Shown here: positions 63,777 to 64,000 of the stretch, piece after piece
Layout of the letters: every line of letters starts with the position of its first letter
Numbering within the stretch: position 1 is the stretch's first letter
Assembly: GCA_963740315.1 (NCBI GenBank)
Contig: CAVUDP010000001.1
Span: 128,001 to 192,000, forward strand
Direction of reading: 5' to 3'
DNA from: an uncultured cyanobacterium
GTDB taxonomy: Bacteria; Cyanobacteriota; Cyanobacteriia; Cyanobacteriales; Nostocaceae
DNA: 64,000 nucleotides
Notes under the pieces: model-generated
The model's input: the letters and a program-made list of their open reading frames with translations, nothing else
Told to the model about the DNA's origin: nothing
The model's database searches: none
Made by a program: the position numbers and the translations under genes

Positions 63777-64000
63777 TTATTTAGTAATGTCGTCTATCAT
63801 AACTTTGAATTCGACTCTACGATTGAATCTTTTATCTTTTTCACTTAATTCCGAAGGCAAAATCTCTTCAGAACCTAATGCTTTTGTACTAAATTTCTTT
63901 TTATTAATACCCACTGATGCGAAATAAGTTAAAATCCTCTTCGCACGATTTTGAGAAAGTTTGATATTTGCTTTTTTGTCTCCGGCGCTATCTGTATGTC
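63777..64000 (-). CDS. OmpA-like peptidoglycan-binding domain protein, C-terminal part (truncated by window edge)
   Basis: manual translation gives HTDSAGDKKANIKLSQNRA...RFNRRVEFKV, the OmpA_C signature; not in the ORF track. Confidence 0.88.
   Translation of the reverse strand, partial: HTDSAGDKKANIKLSQNRAKRILTYFASVGINKKKFSTKALGSEEILPSELSEKDKRFNRRVEFKVMIDDITK

Overview
AT-rich chromosomal window from a cyanobacterium. Dense HIP1 (GCGATCGC) sites, STRR-type heptamer repeats, CP12 and pds-crtB point to a heterocystous Nostocales-like strain (inference). Most of it is housekeeping: URC4-like gene plus upp, trmB, guaA, recG, rpsB-tsf, argG, rpsF, glyA, pds-crtB and tRNA-Ser(GCT). It also holds three sensor kinases, two tandem PEP-CTERM genes, a Wzy-dependent polysaccharide cluster with an embedded GH5 glycanase, and an OmpA / Rab-like GTPase / kinase module at the right edge. 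The most notable non-coding signals: (1) a 384-bp protein-less IscB-type (HEARO/omegaRNA) element sitting exactly in front of an ATGA start codon and itself interrupted by a tiny mobile repeat; (2) a 135-bp nested repeat inserted in frame in a sensor kinase; (3) an unannotated ~180-nt multi-stem candidate ncRNA; (4) a palindromic repeat family with compensatory changes; (5) an orphan antitoxin-like gene followed by a 7-codon toxin-like stub; (6) single-base frameshifts in tsf and wzc that may be sequencing errors. No CRISPR array or intact transposase is visible. All family assignments come from motif recognition, not database searches.
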